Source: Eledone cirrhosa (Eukaryota). Taken from it: 64,000 nucleotides of DNA. The stretch is taken from NCBI GenBank assembly GCA_964016885.1, contig OZ024750.1:27838001-27902000 (forward strand), read 5' to 3'. Under the pieces are notes generated by a model. It had not been told where the DNA came from and did not search any database. It saw only the letters and a list, made by a program, of their open reading frames with translations. Position numbers and translations under genes: made by a program. Positions 28,606 to 43,076 of the stretch are shown one piece after another. How positions within the stretch are numbered: the stretch's first letter is position 1; the number at the start of each line of letters is the position of its first letter.

Positions 28606-29039
28606 CGTATATATGTGTACGTATGCATACTTACATATGTATATTTACGTATATATATATATATGTATATACACACACACACATATATATATTCCTGTGT
28701 TCCTGAGTCTGGTATTTCACTCATCTTTAGTAATGCTTCTTTCATATTGTCATATTGTATATTTGTCCTGCTGTGTGGGTGACAAGTAGACTGACTAAAT
28801 GACAGCCCGATTCTCTCATAGTCACTCAGACCATCAATAATATATTTTCTAATTTATTTGTCAACATTTTAAACTGTTTTTCTTCTCGTGTATCTCCACC
28901 AACACCTCGAATGTTGATATCCATTTTAAAGGACAAGTTAAAATCATTTAGTTTTACAATGCTTATGTACGTATGCAAACACAAGGTTCTAAAAACCTTC
29001 GCTAAGTACAAACCACTACCTCCCGACGGACAACTGACG

Positions 29040-29200
29040 CTGCACACCAGGTCCGAATACGGGAGAGCCTAACTCTCAGTCTCATTGCTTCCATCTCTCT
29101 CACCCTTCCTATCTCTCTGTATTATGAGCAAATGGGGTCCCACGTGCTGGCCGCGCCGCGGAGTAGGCGTTTCCCCGGAGGATGGTAAGGGAGGTATTTT
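29040..29200 (-). mobile_element. CRE-like 3' fragment (same family as 11850 and 44810)
   Basis: Shared caccaggtccgaa...tgagcaaatggggtcccacgtgctggccgc...ggcgtttccccggaggatggt. Confidence 0.65.
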
Positions 29201-29699
29201 GCCACCGTTTATTACTGACACTTCCCCCCTCCCCCCTCTCTCTCTCTCTCTCCTTGACGCAAATGGAACACAAATAAACAGAATTATATACGCAATCTCA
29301 TCAGGTTTCAGTCACTTCAAACATTCGAATTGTTGCGCCTTTATTGAGAGAATATACTTTGATTTGAAAATACTCCGTGGAAAACTAAATAAATTTCAGT
29401 TGTAGTCAACATTCGTAGCCCCTGAAGTGCCTGAGTGTATCTTCTGGTCAGTAAATTGTCAGGACTTTACAGAAAAAGAAATTGAAATGATTGGTGGACT
29501 CTGAGTAGGTGAGTCTATTCTGCAGCTGCAAGTAACATAACCACACAACATTTTAAGTTAAAGAAACCTTCCATGCAGAACCAATGTGCAGCCAAGTCAG
29601 CCTTGACCTTTGAAAATGTAATACTACCGGCAAAATTTGACATATGTTACATGGAATACTAACAGCTGATCTCTCGGAAAGTGTACACACTACACTGAT

Positions 29700-29825
29700 A
29701 ATTGTTTCTACTTTTGGCACAAGGCCAGCAATTACCCAATACATTATTGGTACTTTATTTTATCGACCCCCGTAAGGATGAAAGGCAAAGTTGACCTCGA
29801 CGGGATTTGAACTCAGGATGTAATG
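29700..29825 (-). mobile_element. SINE-A short form, 5'-truncated
   Basis: Consensus match. Confidence 0.85.
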
Positions 29826-30207
29826 AAGTTAACCATGATGCAAAGTCACCAAGGCACCGCCCCGACCTAGGTGCAGAGTCTGTCACCTTGTCCAGTCCCA
29901 CCTCTGTTTCTCCTGTTGCCTAACCATCCTTGCTCTCCCTCCACCTTTCTTTTTATCCATGGCACTTATAGTCAGGCGGGGTTTGATTTCTCGCAAGTGT
30001 CTCTTTTCTCGCAAGTGTCAACTTTGTCTTGTCTCCAGGGATACTTCAGCCGATTTTCTGACCAATCGTTTACATTGATAGGCTAGTAATATAGTCATTT
30101 ACGTCAGGATGACTACGTTACACACACACACACACACACACAGACTCACCCCCCCACACACACACGCACATACATACACACACACACAGATATATATATA
30201 TATATAT

Positions 30208-30452
30208 ATCAGAGTTGCTGAAGCATGGAACAAACTACCTTCATCAGTTGTTAGCTGTCGAGACACTGCATCCTTTAAGGCCTCCATGCTTCCCGAGATC
30301 CGCCAACACTACAGCTAATGTTCCCCCTCCATACACATACACACATGTATACCATGACACTGTTCACTTCCCTGACATTTGTGTATTATTCTATGTACTA
30401 TACATACACCTTTGACGAGTTGTAGTGCACCTGAGCACTTTACACAATAATT

Positions 30453-30478
<26 letters not shown>
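30208..30478 (+). mobile_element. 3' end of a CR1/L2-group LINE with an (ATT)n tail
   Basis: RVAEAWNKLPSSVVSCRDTASFK, matching the R..WN.LP..VV....FK motif that ends CR1/L2 ORF2. Confidence 0.75.
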
Positions 30479-30485
<7 letters not shown>

Positions 30486-30497
30486 GTGTGTGTAAAC

Positions 30498-30559
<62 letters not shown>

Positions 30560-30704
30560 GAATATATGAGAGTCATGTATACTTATACCTGTGTTCATCC
30601 CTCTCATATATTCATATATCCGATTATATTGCACGGCTCGGAAAGATTCCCTTCTTTGAGCTATTTAATTGTAAAAGACTATTTTGAGTTTCTAACTCAA
30701 TCTA

Positions 30705-30749
<45 letters not shown>

Positions 30750-30940
30750 AGGTGAGTTTTATTGTAGTACAATAAAGCAATGCAGATATCGGATAAGAAG
30801 CACTCTACAATTTGTAGGACTGGAGTATACATAATATATAAGATCAAAAGATGGTTAAATGAGTTCCATGTATTTTATGATATGTTGATTTAAAACTACA
30901 CTATCCACAAGTGTTTTTTAACCTTCATATCATGTCCTCC

Positions 30941-31011
30941 TATTTTATCTGATGAAAACACAAATGTTATTGCATGATGATATTTGTTTTTGAAATGCGC
31001 ATAATAAAATA
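30941..31011 (+). ncRNA. Type I hammerhead (family E) within a fold-back pLTR fragment (30831-31052)
   Basis: tattttat CTGATGA aaacacaaatgttatt..gatgatatttgttttt GAAA tgcgca TA ataaaata: 8 bp helix I and palindromic helix III. Confidence 0.8.
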
Positions 31012-31064
31012 CATAGAACTCATTTAACCATCTTTTGATCTTATATATTATATATATATATATA

Positions 31065-31505
31065 TGGAAAGTTATATTTAAATTGTTGGGTTACAACTAG
31101 TAAATATTTATAACTGATATAAAAGCACTCAACAAGTATTTGGAGTATATTTACGATATTAAATAAATGGAAACTATATTTATAAAACCATATTTATTTC
31201 ATTATATATATTTCAGGGATATCATATTAACAATATGTTATGCCTTCTTCAGACAAAATACAATATAGACAGTTTTATAGATAAATAGATTTGATATACC
31301 GTTCAACATCGACTTGTATTTGAAAATCAACTTTTTCAAATACAAGTCGATGTTGAACGGTATGTCAAATCTATTTATCTATAAAACTGTCTATATTGTA
31401 TTTTGTCTGAAGAAGGCATAACATATTGTTAATATGATATCCCTGAAATATATATAATGAAATAAATATGGTTTTATAAATATAGTTTCCATTTATTTAA
31501 TATCG
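31065..31505. mobile_element. Head-to-head inverted pair of family C pLTRs, each with a hammerhead (+ copy 31399-31464)
   Basis: About 175 bp near-perfect inverted repeat centred near 31330. + copy: tattttgt CTGAAGA agg c ata a catatt gtt aatatg a tat c cct GAAA tatata TA atgaaata. Confidence 0.8.
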
Positions 31506-31729
31506 TATATATATATATATATATATATATTGTTATACTTGGGGAGGTTCATATTTGTGTAATAATATTGCCAGAATTAATAACAGAACACACTCACTGT
31601 TTGGTTGGTTTTCGCTTCTGTGTCTTTTATATCGGTTAATTTAATTTATTCGGCCCTCAATGTTGCCATTGACTGACCAACGGTCAAAAATACAGATACA
31701 ATATAGACACAAACACATATATATAGTCT

Positions 31730-31771
31730 AACAAAGTTCTTTCGTTGCACAACTGCAACATCGTCAGTGTT
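31730..31771 (-). ncRNA. Minimal hammerhead-like motif
   Basis: Reverse complement: aaca CTGACGA t gttgca gttg tgcaac GAAA gaac TT tgtt. Helix III is imperfect. Confidence 0.55.
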
Positions 31772-31963
31772 GCTATTATGTTTCCTCCCGTTGTATGCCT
31801 ACGCCATCTTTATTTAGTCTTCTCTGCGCATGCGTTTGCGTGTAGGTAAAGTGTTTTGTTTGATGTGTGTTCGTGTTCGGGTGACTGTGTATTGGTTATT
31901 GTATTCTATCTTAGTTTACTAGTGTGTGTTTATATGTGTTTGTTGTTATTGTACTTGTGAATG

Positions 31964-32009
<46 letters not shown>

Positions 32010-32164
32010 TAAATCTACCAAGAGTTTTTACGGTAGTGTCCAATCCGTATGAAGAACTCAATGTAATCCGGATATCATGGAAATAAGAGATGCAATGAAA
32101 AATCACTTTCGGTGAAAGATAAACGGAATACAGAGTCAAGATATATGTATATATATATAAATAT

Positions 32165-32205
<41 letters not shown>

Positions 32206-32222
32206 GGGCAGCTGTGACATCG

Positions 32223-32318
<96 letters not shown>

Positions 32319-32483
32319 TATATATATATATATATATATCTAGGGCGGGTAAAATTCCCGAGATCCATGGACGAGTTCTCTCCAGCGGTCTCTGTCCCTC
32401 ATTATCGCTGCCATGTCCTGCTTCTCCAACAGACCATTGTCTGTCCTTAGGGCATCAACATACGTTAACCTTGGTCTTCCTCT

Positions 32484-32527
<44 letters not shown>

Positions 32528-32828
32528 CTATACGTATACATGAGCGTGTATGTGTGTGTGAGTGTGTGAGTGAACGTCAAATTTGTATATGTATACGTCA
32601 TCGCTACTGGCAACTGCTGTCTCTGGCCGAACTCAGGTCTTAAACATTTCTCTCTACTGTTTAGCCCCTTGGGTTGTGTCTACCATTATTATATTCCTTT
32701 ATTGGATACATTTCGTAACACCTGATGATATCACCGGGTTCCTGCAGAACCGGGTCATTGAAATGTGCATAGTGTATATAATAGAACTTTAAGGAATGTC
32801 ACCAGTCCAGCCTCCTCTTATTTTACTC

Positions 32829-32878
<50 letters not shown>

Positions 32879-32916
32879 TCATTTATATATATATTCATTT
32901 ATATATTCACACACAT

Positions 32917-32959
<43 letters not shown>

Positions 32960-33018
32960 TTTTAATATAGATGAGATTCTACAGGACTAGAACTGTTTCA
33001 TTCTTCAGAAATCATCAG

Positions 33019-33071
33019 GAGATTCCTGATGATTTCTGAAGAATGAAAGAGTTCTAGTCCTGTAGAATCTC
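33019..33071 (+). ncRNA. Type I hammerhead (family G) within a palindrome at 32960-33085
   Basis: gagattc CTGATGA tttc tgaa gaat GAAA (g/c)ag ttctagtc ctg TA gaatctc: 7 bp helix I. Related copies at 38925-38975 and 48365-48490. Confidence 0.75.
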
Positions 33072-33198
33072 ATCTATATTAAAACCTTTATACTCTGCTA
33101 TGTATTGAGTATCTTACTTACTGTGGTTACCTCCGATTCAACCCGGAATAACGTATATATATATATATGTACATTTATATATACACACACACATTTAT

Positions 33199-33236
<38 letters not shown>

Positions 33237-33240
33237 TTAT

Positions 33241-33317
<77 letters not shown>

Positions 33318-33755
33318 CATATATATACATGCATATCTGACAGTAGGGCGTATATTTGCATATATTATACACAGAATCAGTATTTGTATAGAAAGTACAG
33401 TAGGTAGACATACAACGGAATAATGTGCAATCAAAAACAAACAGTAAACAATAGGTTAAATAATAATAACAATAATAACTGTAATTACGTGTGTATATAT
33501 ATATTTATGCATGTATGTATATATATATATATATAAATATATATATACATATATGTATGTATGTATATATATATGTACATGCATACATACATACATATAT
33601 ACAAACATACATATACGTGTGTATATATATATATATGTATATATACATATATATATACACATTATGCATGTATATATATATGTATGTGTATATATATATG
33701 TATATATACATATATATATACACATATATTCATGTATATATATATGTATGTGTAT

Positions 33756-33794
<39 letters not shown>

Positions 33795-33816
33795 CATGCA
33801 TACATACATACATACA

Positions 33817-33866
<50 letters not shown>

Positions 33867-33868
33867 CA

Positions 33869-33910
<42 letters not shown>

Positions 33911-33965
33911 CATATATATATATACATATAATTACATACAGATATATATATATACATATATATAT

Positions 33966-34004
<39 letters not shown>

Positions 34005-34058
34005 TATACATATATATATGGACATATATATCTATATATATACATACATACACACAGA

Positions 34059-34141
<83 letters not shown>

Positions 34142-34321
34142 TATGGCTAGTTGTAAATTGTCGTTTCACACCGGAAAAAACGACAGATTTTAATTATGAG
34201 GATTAGTTATGTAGACTTTGTTGAATAATAGAGTTTCATTGTACAAGATTTTAATACCCGATTGATGGTGAAGTAAGGCCGGCGGTAAGACTTGACTGGA
34301 AATACAAAGATATACAAAGAT

Positions 34322-34503
34322 AATTGTTTCTACTTTTGGCACAAGGCCAGCAAATAACCAGTGTATTACTGGTATTCTATTTTATCGACTCCGTAAGGAT
34401 GAAAGGCAAAGTTAACCTCGGCGGGATATGATCTCAGACTGTAAAGGGACGTAACTACGCTGGAAAGCATGTCTGACCCTCTACCAATACTGCCAATTCA
34501 CCC
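34322..34503 (-). mobile_element. SINE-A short form with TSD caaagataat
   Basis: Consensus match and direct repeat. Confidence 0.9.
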
Positions 34504-34509
34504 AAAGAT

Positions 34510-34565
<56 letters not shown>

Positions 34566-34682
34566 GTATGTGTATATATATATATATATTTACATATATA
34601 TATTTACATACATATATATGTATATATATATATACGTATGTGTATATATATATATATTTACATATATATATTTACATACATA

Positions 34683-34800
<118 letters not shown>

Positions 34801-34996
34801 TATATATACATATATATATATGTTGTTGAAGTGTGTTCCACTCTATCAATACATCGATATGTCCATCGATACGTGAATATGACTCTAGTTCCTCGGAGGA
34901 CTAACAACACACCCAGGAGCTGGACATATCGATGTATTGACAGAGTGGAACACACTTCAACAACATGTGTACCTGTCTTTTCGACACTAATTCAGA

Positions 34997-35049
34997 CTGC
35001 CTGAAGAGGTCACAGCCAATAATAGCTGTCACCGAAATATATATAGCAG
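34997..35049 (+). ncRNA. Type I hammerhead (family D) in a pLTR fragment (34820-35090) with an upstream inverted repeat
   Basis: ctgc CTGAAGA ggt c acagc..gctgt c acc GAAA tatata TA gcag. Second copy at 63369-63423 (-). Confidence 0.8.
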
Positions 35050-35215
35050 AGAATTTATAATAAACGAAGCCAAATTTTACATATTTGACTATATATATAT
35101 ATATATAGTAATATATAGTAATATTTATATTTATATTTATATATGTTTGATATAACTATAAATATGTAGGGTAGTACTAAGTACTAGCCGGTTACACGTT
35201 TTCGACATTCCTTAT

Positions 35216-35260
35216 GCTCCGATGATCCCAGACTTCCCTCTGGAAGAAACAATTGTCAGC
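35216..35260 (+). ncRNA. Variant-core hammerhead (family F, CCGANGA)
   Basis: gct CCGATGA tcccaga cttccc tctggaa GAAA caattg TC agc, then AATAAA. Second copy at 63062-63106. Confidence 0.6.
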
Positions 35261-35591
35261 TAATAAATGTTCTAAACTAAAATTTGATCGTTTTAACACT
35301 TTGTATATATATATATAGTAGAAATAGAAGCCGTATTTCTGACAAAAGAAATCTTTTTAGTCTGATGGCGGGGTTTAAAACCTAAAATACTGAAAAGAAT
35401 GAGTTACTCCACTCTTGAAGAATTTTTGTTGTTTCTATGTTTGTTTTTGTTTTTTTGTTTCTATTGTTTTTATTTCTTTATACTCATTTTTACACACATA
35501 AACCCACATTGTACCAGCCTGTGCAGTCCTTAATGTAGTTTTATGTAAACCCTTTGTGGTCAATAAAGAAATAATTATTATTATTGTTACT

Positions 35592-35736
35592 AGGGTGGTG
35601 GATTGACAGCATCGGTAGAGGGTCGGATGCCATACTTTGCCTTTCATTCTTACGGGTCGATAAAATAAAGTACCAGTCACGCCCTGGGATCGATTTAATC
35701 GACTTGCCCCTCCCCCCAAATTGCTGGCCTTGTGCC

Positions 35737-35768
<32 letters not shown>

Positions 35769-36178
35769 CATAAATAATAATGATTTCTTTGGGGGTAGAG
35801 GAAAGTCGATTAAATCGACCCCAGTACATTACTGGTGCTTTATTTTATGAACCTCGTAAAGGATGAAAGGCAAAGCTGACCTCGGCAGGATTTGAACTCA
35901 GAACGCAAAGGGCCATAACTCTATAGTTTAAATCATGGTGTCCGACTCCCTACCGATACTGCCAATCCACCGCATAATAATAATAATAATAATTGTTTCT
36001 ACTTTAGGCACAAGGCCAGCAATTATCCAGTGCATTACTGGTACTTTATTTTATCGACCTCGTAAGGATGAAAGGCAAAGTCAACCTCGGCGGGATTTGA
36101 ACTCAGATCGTAAAGGGACGTAACTATGCTGGAAAGCATGGCGTCCGACCCTCTACCGATACTGCTAATCCACCGCCT
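35592..36178. mobile_element. Three SINE-A copies (+, -, -) separated by (TAA)n tails
   Basis: Consensus match. Confidence 0.9.
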
Positions 36179-36179
36179 T

Positions 36180-36234
<55 letters not shown>

Positions 36235-36279
36235 GGGGCAGCATTAGAGTTGCTGTGGTCGTGGTCGTTGTTAACTATA

Positions 36280-36485
36280 CGTTTTACTATTACTGTTACA
36301 AGTTATTTTTGCTTCAAACGATGACTAAACAGGGCAAGTGTTAAACTCCGAGACAAGAGGCGTTTTAGAAAGGTGCAAATTAAATTAACCCCTTTCTACT
36401 AACTGTTTGATGAGGTGTCGTGATCTTTGATTGGTTTATAGTGGTGACAAGTGAAATAGAATAAATAAGACACAAAAAAAAGAAT

Positions 36486-36486
<1 letters not shown>
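36280..36486 (+). repeat. About 200 bp direct repeat, second copy at 38586-38796
   Basis: Shared aaacgatgactaaacagggcaagtgtta...cgagacaagaggcgttttagaaaggtgcaaattaaattaacccctttctactaactgtttgat...tggtgacaagtgaaatagaataaata. Confidence 0.85.
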
Positions 36487-36521
<35 letters not shown>

Positions 36522-36590
36522 GCATGTATACATTTACATGTATGTATATGTATATATATATATATATATATGTTTATACACACACACATT

Positions 36591-36621
<31 letters not shown>

Positions 36622-36635
36622 ACAATATATATATG

Positions 36636-36734
<99 letters not shown>

Positions 36735-36940
36735 ATATATATATAATATATATATATACATAAATACATATATATATATACATATATACACACATATATA
36801 TATATACATATACATATATACATATATAACTTATATACATATATATATACACATATATATATATATATACATATATAAACATATATATATATATATATAC
36901 ACATACATATATATATATACACATACATATATATATATAC

Positions 36941-36972
<32 letters not shown>

Positions 36973-37137
36973 AAACATACATATATATACATACATATAT
37001 ACATACATATATATATATATATATACATATATATATACATATACATATATATATATATATTTTCATACATACATATACATACATATATATATACATATAT
37101 ATACCTACATATATACATACATATATATATATATATA

Positions 37138-37246
<109 letters not shown>

Positions 37247-37672
37247 TAACGAAATAGTATCATAACATTTTTAAAAAATCAAAAACAAAAAAAACAAAAT
37301 GTCATTAACATTAACAACAAAAACAATAAACACTGGGTTAAGAGGTTGATGCTTGACGACATTTTGGTGGAGATTTGCTAGTTAAGGTTGTTATTGTGAC
37401 TGTATATAAATAGTGCAAATAGGTAAAGACCATGATGCAAGTGTCGCGCATAACACTTCATTCTCCTCCATATACAATCAATGCAGCAATTAATTAGGGT
37501 GGTGAAAGTGCAGAATGAATGGCGTGATCAGACATTATGCACGATAATTGACGTTTAGTGTCACAAGCTATTATATCAGACAGAGTTCTAGACTCAAGCA
37601 TGGCTGGCTTCAGCTGCAAAACATATTTCCTATGTACAAATATTTTGCACTTAGCTCACGCTGGCTGGCTGG

Positions 37673-37711
<39 letters not shown>

Positions 37712-37746
37712 ACGCACGCACACATACACACACACACAGACACACG

Positions 37747-37779
<33 letters not shown>

Positions 37780-37785
<6 letters not shown>

Positions 37786-38390
37786 AGGCACATACACAAT
37801 CAGACACATACACAAACGTATATGTCAATAAGTTCAGAGACGCAGATACACATGCATACTGGCATACACACTTACAGAAACACACACACACATACGCAGG
37901 CATATATACACATGCATACACTTGTAGATAAACATACACGCAGGCACATCACACACACACACACACATACAATCAGACACATACACACGATCAGACACAT
38001 ACACAAACGTATATGCAGTCACGCACATGTCAATAAGTTCAGACACGCAGATACACATGCATGCTGGCATACACACTTACACACAGACAAACACACACAC
38101 ACACACATACGCAGGCATATATACACATGCATACACTTGCAGATAAACATACACGCAGGCACACACACACACGATCAGGCACATACACACAGACACACAC
38201 ACACACACACACGTATATGCAGTCACGCACATGTCAATAAGTTCAGACACGCAGGTCCACATGCATGCTGGCATACACACTTACACACACAAGCAAATAC
38301 ATACAGACAAACACACACACATACTGAGGCATATATACACACACACGCATACACTCGCAGATAAACATACACGCTGGCACATCTACGGCC
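37780..38390. repeat. Three roughly 200 bp CA-rich tandem units
   Basis: atgtcaataagttcaga...catgca..ctggcatacacacttac occurs three times. Confidence 0.8.
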
Positions 38391-38793
38391 ATGCTAGAGA
38401 AAATACCTCGCGGTATTTAAATATATCCCTTTTGACTTTCATTCTGTTCAGCTGGGCAATGTTTTCACCTGGTTGTTCGTGAAATGCAGCTGAGATATTT
38501 CCCAAACCCCAGTAAGGAAACAGACCCACCCAACCCCATTTATTCGCCACTTTTTAAAATGTTTATCATTAAAAAATAAGAGTTCATTTTACTGTTACTG
38601 TTAAAATATATTTTTATTTTTTATTGAAACGATGACTAAACAGGGCAAGTGTTATGCTTCGAGACAAGAGGCGTTTTAGAAAGGTGCAAATTAAATTAAC
38701 CCCTTTCTACTAACTGTTTGATTAGGTCGTGGTCTTTGATTGGTTTATCTTGGTGACAAGTGAAATAGAATAAATACGATAAAATGAAAAAGA

Positions 38794-38839
<46 letters not shown>

Positions 38840-39324
38840 GCGTGTGTGTGTAAGAGAGTCCCGGGTTCAATCGGAGGCAACCACGGTTAGTAAGATACTC
38901 AATACATTAGTAGAGTGTTAATATCATCAGGCTTTTTCCTGATGATTTCTTTTGAATGAAAGAGTTCTAGTCAGAAATGTGCGGCATTTCAGCGGCAATT
39001 TTCTCCACTGTTCGAAACAAGAGGCCGACAACTGTTGTGAAAAGCCTATACCAGCCACTGGAATACAAGAGGTGGTGGCTAGCAGTGAAGGAGAAGAAAT
39101 CGTCTGGTATAGACGCAGTTCCCAACAACCTTTATTTTTATAAGCCAGGTTTCACCGATGTCTGCTACAACTGTTCTATACTATTTATAATTATACAACC
39201 CCCCCCCCCCCCCCATATATATATATATATATAAAACATGAGAAGAAAGAAGAATACTGCGTGGTTTGCACATGGGTTACATATGATAAAAATAGTCCTT
39301 CGTCAGTGATTTTCCAACCATCAT

Positions 39325-39373
<49 letters not shown>

Positions 39374-39968
39374 GGGATGCGTGAACTGTAATGTTAATTA
39401 AAGTTAGATTTTGAGACGTGTTTGGTGGGGGTGTTCATCTTACTCTCAAATATCCATTCATAAATATTGTCTAATGTTTATTGGAGAGGTACGAAGCGAG
39501 AGAGCAGTAAGTAAAAGAAAGCCCAGTAATGAAGATACTAATTATACTTGTTCTATAATAGTGGTCTTAGTCATATACTGTAGGGCAGGTAAACCCACAG
39601 AAGTGTCAAGGTAGTACAAACTCTGTTGAACCTGACCAGCAAAATACAATAAAATTGCAACATACACTATATTTCTGTTGCAGAAAATAAATAAAAATGA
39701 GCCAGTAACCTTCCTGTGTCTACTGGTGTCGTGACTGATAAAATCAATGGAGCATTCGGTAAAATATCTTGTTGCATTTATATTAAAGTTGTCTCCCTTT
39801 TTTTTTTCTGAGTCACAAATCTTGTTTTCGTCGACATGACCCTTCTTCGTTCATTTTTCTAAAGTTGATAAAATAATTATAAGTCAAACTCCCAGAACTT
39901 CTCTTGTGATTCAATCCACATCTTCGAAGTTTTAGAGAAAAAATAAAAAATGCCACATATATACACAA

Positions 39969-40066
<98 letters not shown>

Positions 40067-40234
40067 AATGTATATATATATATATATATATATATGGTAT
40101 ATATATATACAATGTTTAAAGCGCCTAGACAGTATCTGGGAGATTCGGCGTTCGATTTCAAATAACAGACGATGGTAACTTCTTTTTGCGTCTTCCCCCT
40201 ATTCTATAAGCAATTGTATAGCATTCTGCAACAC

Positions 40235-41036
40235 AGCTACACCGAACCAGGAGGGATCGAAATTCCCGTGTCGAAATCGATACGAAACCTGGAGATGGAC
40301 ATGCGATGATGCATCTTTTTCTTCACTCATCATGAGGGTGGCGACAATACGCAGGCGACTCGTTGGCTGCTTCTTGAGGACATTCCGGATAAGGCCGAGA
40401 GATCATGTTGATACTATGAAGAACATTTTTCTTAAGCCGCCTGGACTACTGCTCCCAGCTGTGGTCACCCCATAGTATCAAACTAACCACGGAGCTTGAG
40501 GCAATCCAACGAAGCTACAACAAGAGGATTGCCACAATGAAGGAGATGAGCTACTAGGAGAGGCTAAAATAACTGAAACTCTACTCTTTGGAACGAAGAC
40601 GGGAGAGATACGCAGTGATATACATTTGGAAAATCCAGGAGGGACTAGCAGAAAACTTTGTATTGAGAGCTGGACCCCCCCCCCCCTCCCCTTCGAACAG
40701 GACGTCCCTGTGTGGTGCCAAAGATCCCGTTTTTCACGTGTCTAGAATAAGGAGCAGATATTGCAATAGCCTGGGGTTCAACAAGCTTCAACAAGCTGCC
40801 TAGAAATTTGAGAGATCTGCATGATGTCGACGTGGATGTTTTCAAAAGACATCTTGACAGCCTGCTATCCAGGATCCAGGATGAGCCCACAGCACGGTAC
40901 GAAGGTAACCTAAGGGCAGCAGCAACGAACTCCCTCTTACACCAATGGTCAACCAACACAGACTGGAGATAGCAACAAGGGCGGTGTCCCAGCATGGCCT
41001 CAGCCGAATGGCTGGAACAGGTACAAGAGTAAAAGA

Positions 41037-41038
<2 letters not shown>
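40235..41038 (+). pseudogene. CR1-group LINE ORF2 C-terminus and 3' tail, decayed
   Basis: LDYCSQLWSPHSIKLTTELEAIQRSYNKRIATMKEMSY*ERLK*LKLYSLERRRERYA with in-frame stops. The 3' tail is related to 52805-52860 (-). Confidence 0.85.
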
Positions 41039-41135
<97 letters not shown>

Positions 41136-41167
41136 TATAGTTACACACTTAACTATATATATATATA

Positions 41168-41570
41168 AATATTCAATGATATTAAATAAATGGAAACTAT
41201 ATTTATAAAACCATATTTATTCTATTATTAATATTTCAAGGGTACCAAAAAAAAATCGGTACGCTTTCATCAGATAAAATACAAAGAGTGTTTTATAAAT
41301 TTTGACATAGCCAAGGAAAATCATACCTTATCAGTTGAATATTCCCTGGGAAATTTATAAAACACTCTTTGTATTTTATCTACTGAAAGCGTACCAAAGT
41401 TTTTTGGTACCCTTGAAATATATATAATAGAATAAATATGGTTTTATAAATATAGTTTCCATTTATTTAATATCATTGAATATTTACTCCAGAAACTTGT
41501 CGAGTGCTCTGAATCAGTTATAAACATTTATATTTGTTGAATTTCCAACAAATTAAATATCCCTTCTACT
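41168..41570. mobile_element. Head-to-head inverted pair of family C pLTRs
   Basis: Inverted repeat 41168-41300 vs 41352-41485. The minus copy has intact CTGATGA...GAAA; the plus copy has a mutated core (ctactga). Confidence 0.75.
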
Positions 41571-41577
41571 TATATAT

Positions 41578-41608
<31 letters not shown>

Positions 41609-41984
41609 CAAAAGTTCAGTGCTGTTAGGGTGTTTAGTTTGTGATCATAAGTTTGTTGTTTGTGGTGGTTGGTGTACTTCTATTTGTCATGATGTGTGGG
41701 ATGCTGTAGATGAGTATCGGTTAGAGGATAACTTAATGTTGGTATAGTAAGACGTTGACTGTTGACCTTTATCTCATGTAAAGCAATACCCCACCAACCA
41801 CTGTTAACACTGACCTCACCCCCTTTTATTTATTGACACAACGTGCTGTTGTCCAACTGCCGACACTTCATAGTTCTCATGCATGAGATCTGTCACTGAT
41901 AATTTTTGTTAACAACGACAACCCCCTCCCTCCTCGTTATCACCAACAACAAAAATAACAACATCCCTGTTTTGGTAGCTTATT

Positions 41985-42412
41985 TCTTCTGAATTTCAGC
42001 AATTTAGGGAGAGGGGATAGTCGATTAAATCGACCCCAGTGCGTTACGGGTACTTTATTTTATCGACCCCCGTAAGGATGAAAGACAAAGCTAACCTCAG
42101 CGGGATTTGAACTCAGAACGTAAAGGGTTGTAACTCTATCCCATGAATCATGTTGTCCGACGCTCTACCGATACTGCCAATCCACCGCTCTAAATAATGG
42201 TTTATGATTTAGGCCCGAGACCTACAATTTTAGGGAAGGGGAAAGTCCATTAAACGCCCCCAATGCATTACTGGTATTTTATTTTATCGACCCCGTAAGG
42301 ATGAAAGGCAAAGTTAACCTCGGCAAGATTTGAACTCAGAACTTAAAAGGTCGTAACTATGCCGTGAAGCATGTTGTCCGACGCTCTACCAATTATTGCC
42401 AATCAGCCGCCC
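41985..42412 (-). mobile_element. Two SINE-A long-form copies
   Basis: Consensus match. Confidence 0.88.
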
Positions 42413-42703
42413 GTGCCAATCAACCGTCGAAAACATTACTTGATATATTTTATACACCAATTGGTCTTGCAAACTTCTTAAATTTTACAATGTTACAAAA
42501 TCTATTTTTCATTCTTGAGAGCGGGATTTCATATAAATATGCTTTATTATTATCGTTAATAATTTGAAAGATTTTCGTTCGTGTGAAAGTTTAGCATCAT
42601 CTATCTAATTTACAGTCGTGTTGGAATTAATCATTTTGATATTAAACCTCTTGAAATTGTTGGTTTTATGCAGCAAAACTGCTTATTTTAAAATGTTTAG
42701 CTA

Positions 42704-43076
42704 TCTATATATTACTAAAAGTCTGTGATTGCTTGCTTGCTTGCCTGTAATGTAATACAGCTAAAACGGCGCATGGTGGGAAAATATTTTGAAAGGAAGT
42801 TGCCCCTGAAATGGGAGTGCAAATGGAATAAAACAAGTTTCGCGTAAATTGGAGCAAGGGTTCGCGAGATACAGGGTTTTTCGGGGTACCTTCATAAATA
42901 GAGAGAGAGAGAGAAAGAAAGAGAGGGAGAGAGAGTGTGGTTGTGAGAGAGTAGATTGAAAATTTCATTTTATATTATATACATGTCTATATATATTTTA
43001 ATTATTCAAAAATTATTTTTAAGTGAACATGATTTACAAAAAAAATCTTTAAGGGAACGTGACCCGGGTGATCTAG
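42704..43076 (+). mobile_element. Non-autonomous Helitron
   Basis: 5' TC(TATATATTACTAAAA), 3' CTAG, inserted between A and T. The complete subterminal hairpin is visible in the related 3' fragment at 61244-61272; a 5' fragment lies at 62210-62352 (-). Confidence 0.7.

Noticed and set aside
31140-31505. MITE with long TIRs (also 32960 and 41168)
   Set aside because: No TSD, asymmetric arms, and the same sequence occurs as single-orientation copies with hammerheads. An inverted pLTR explains it better.
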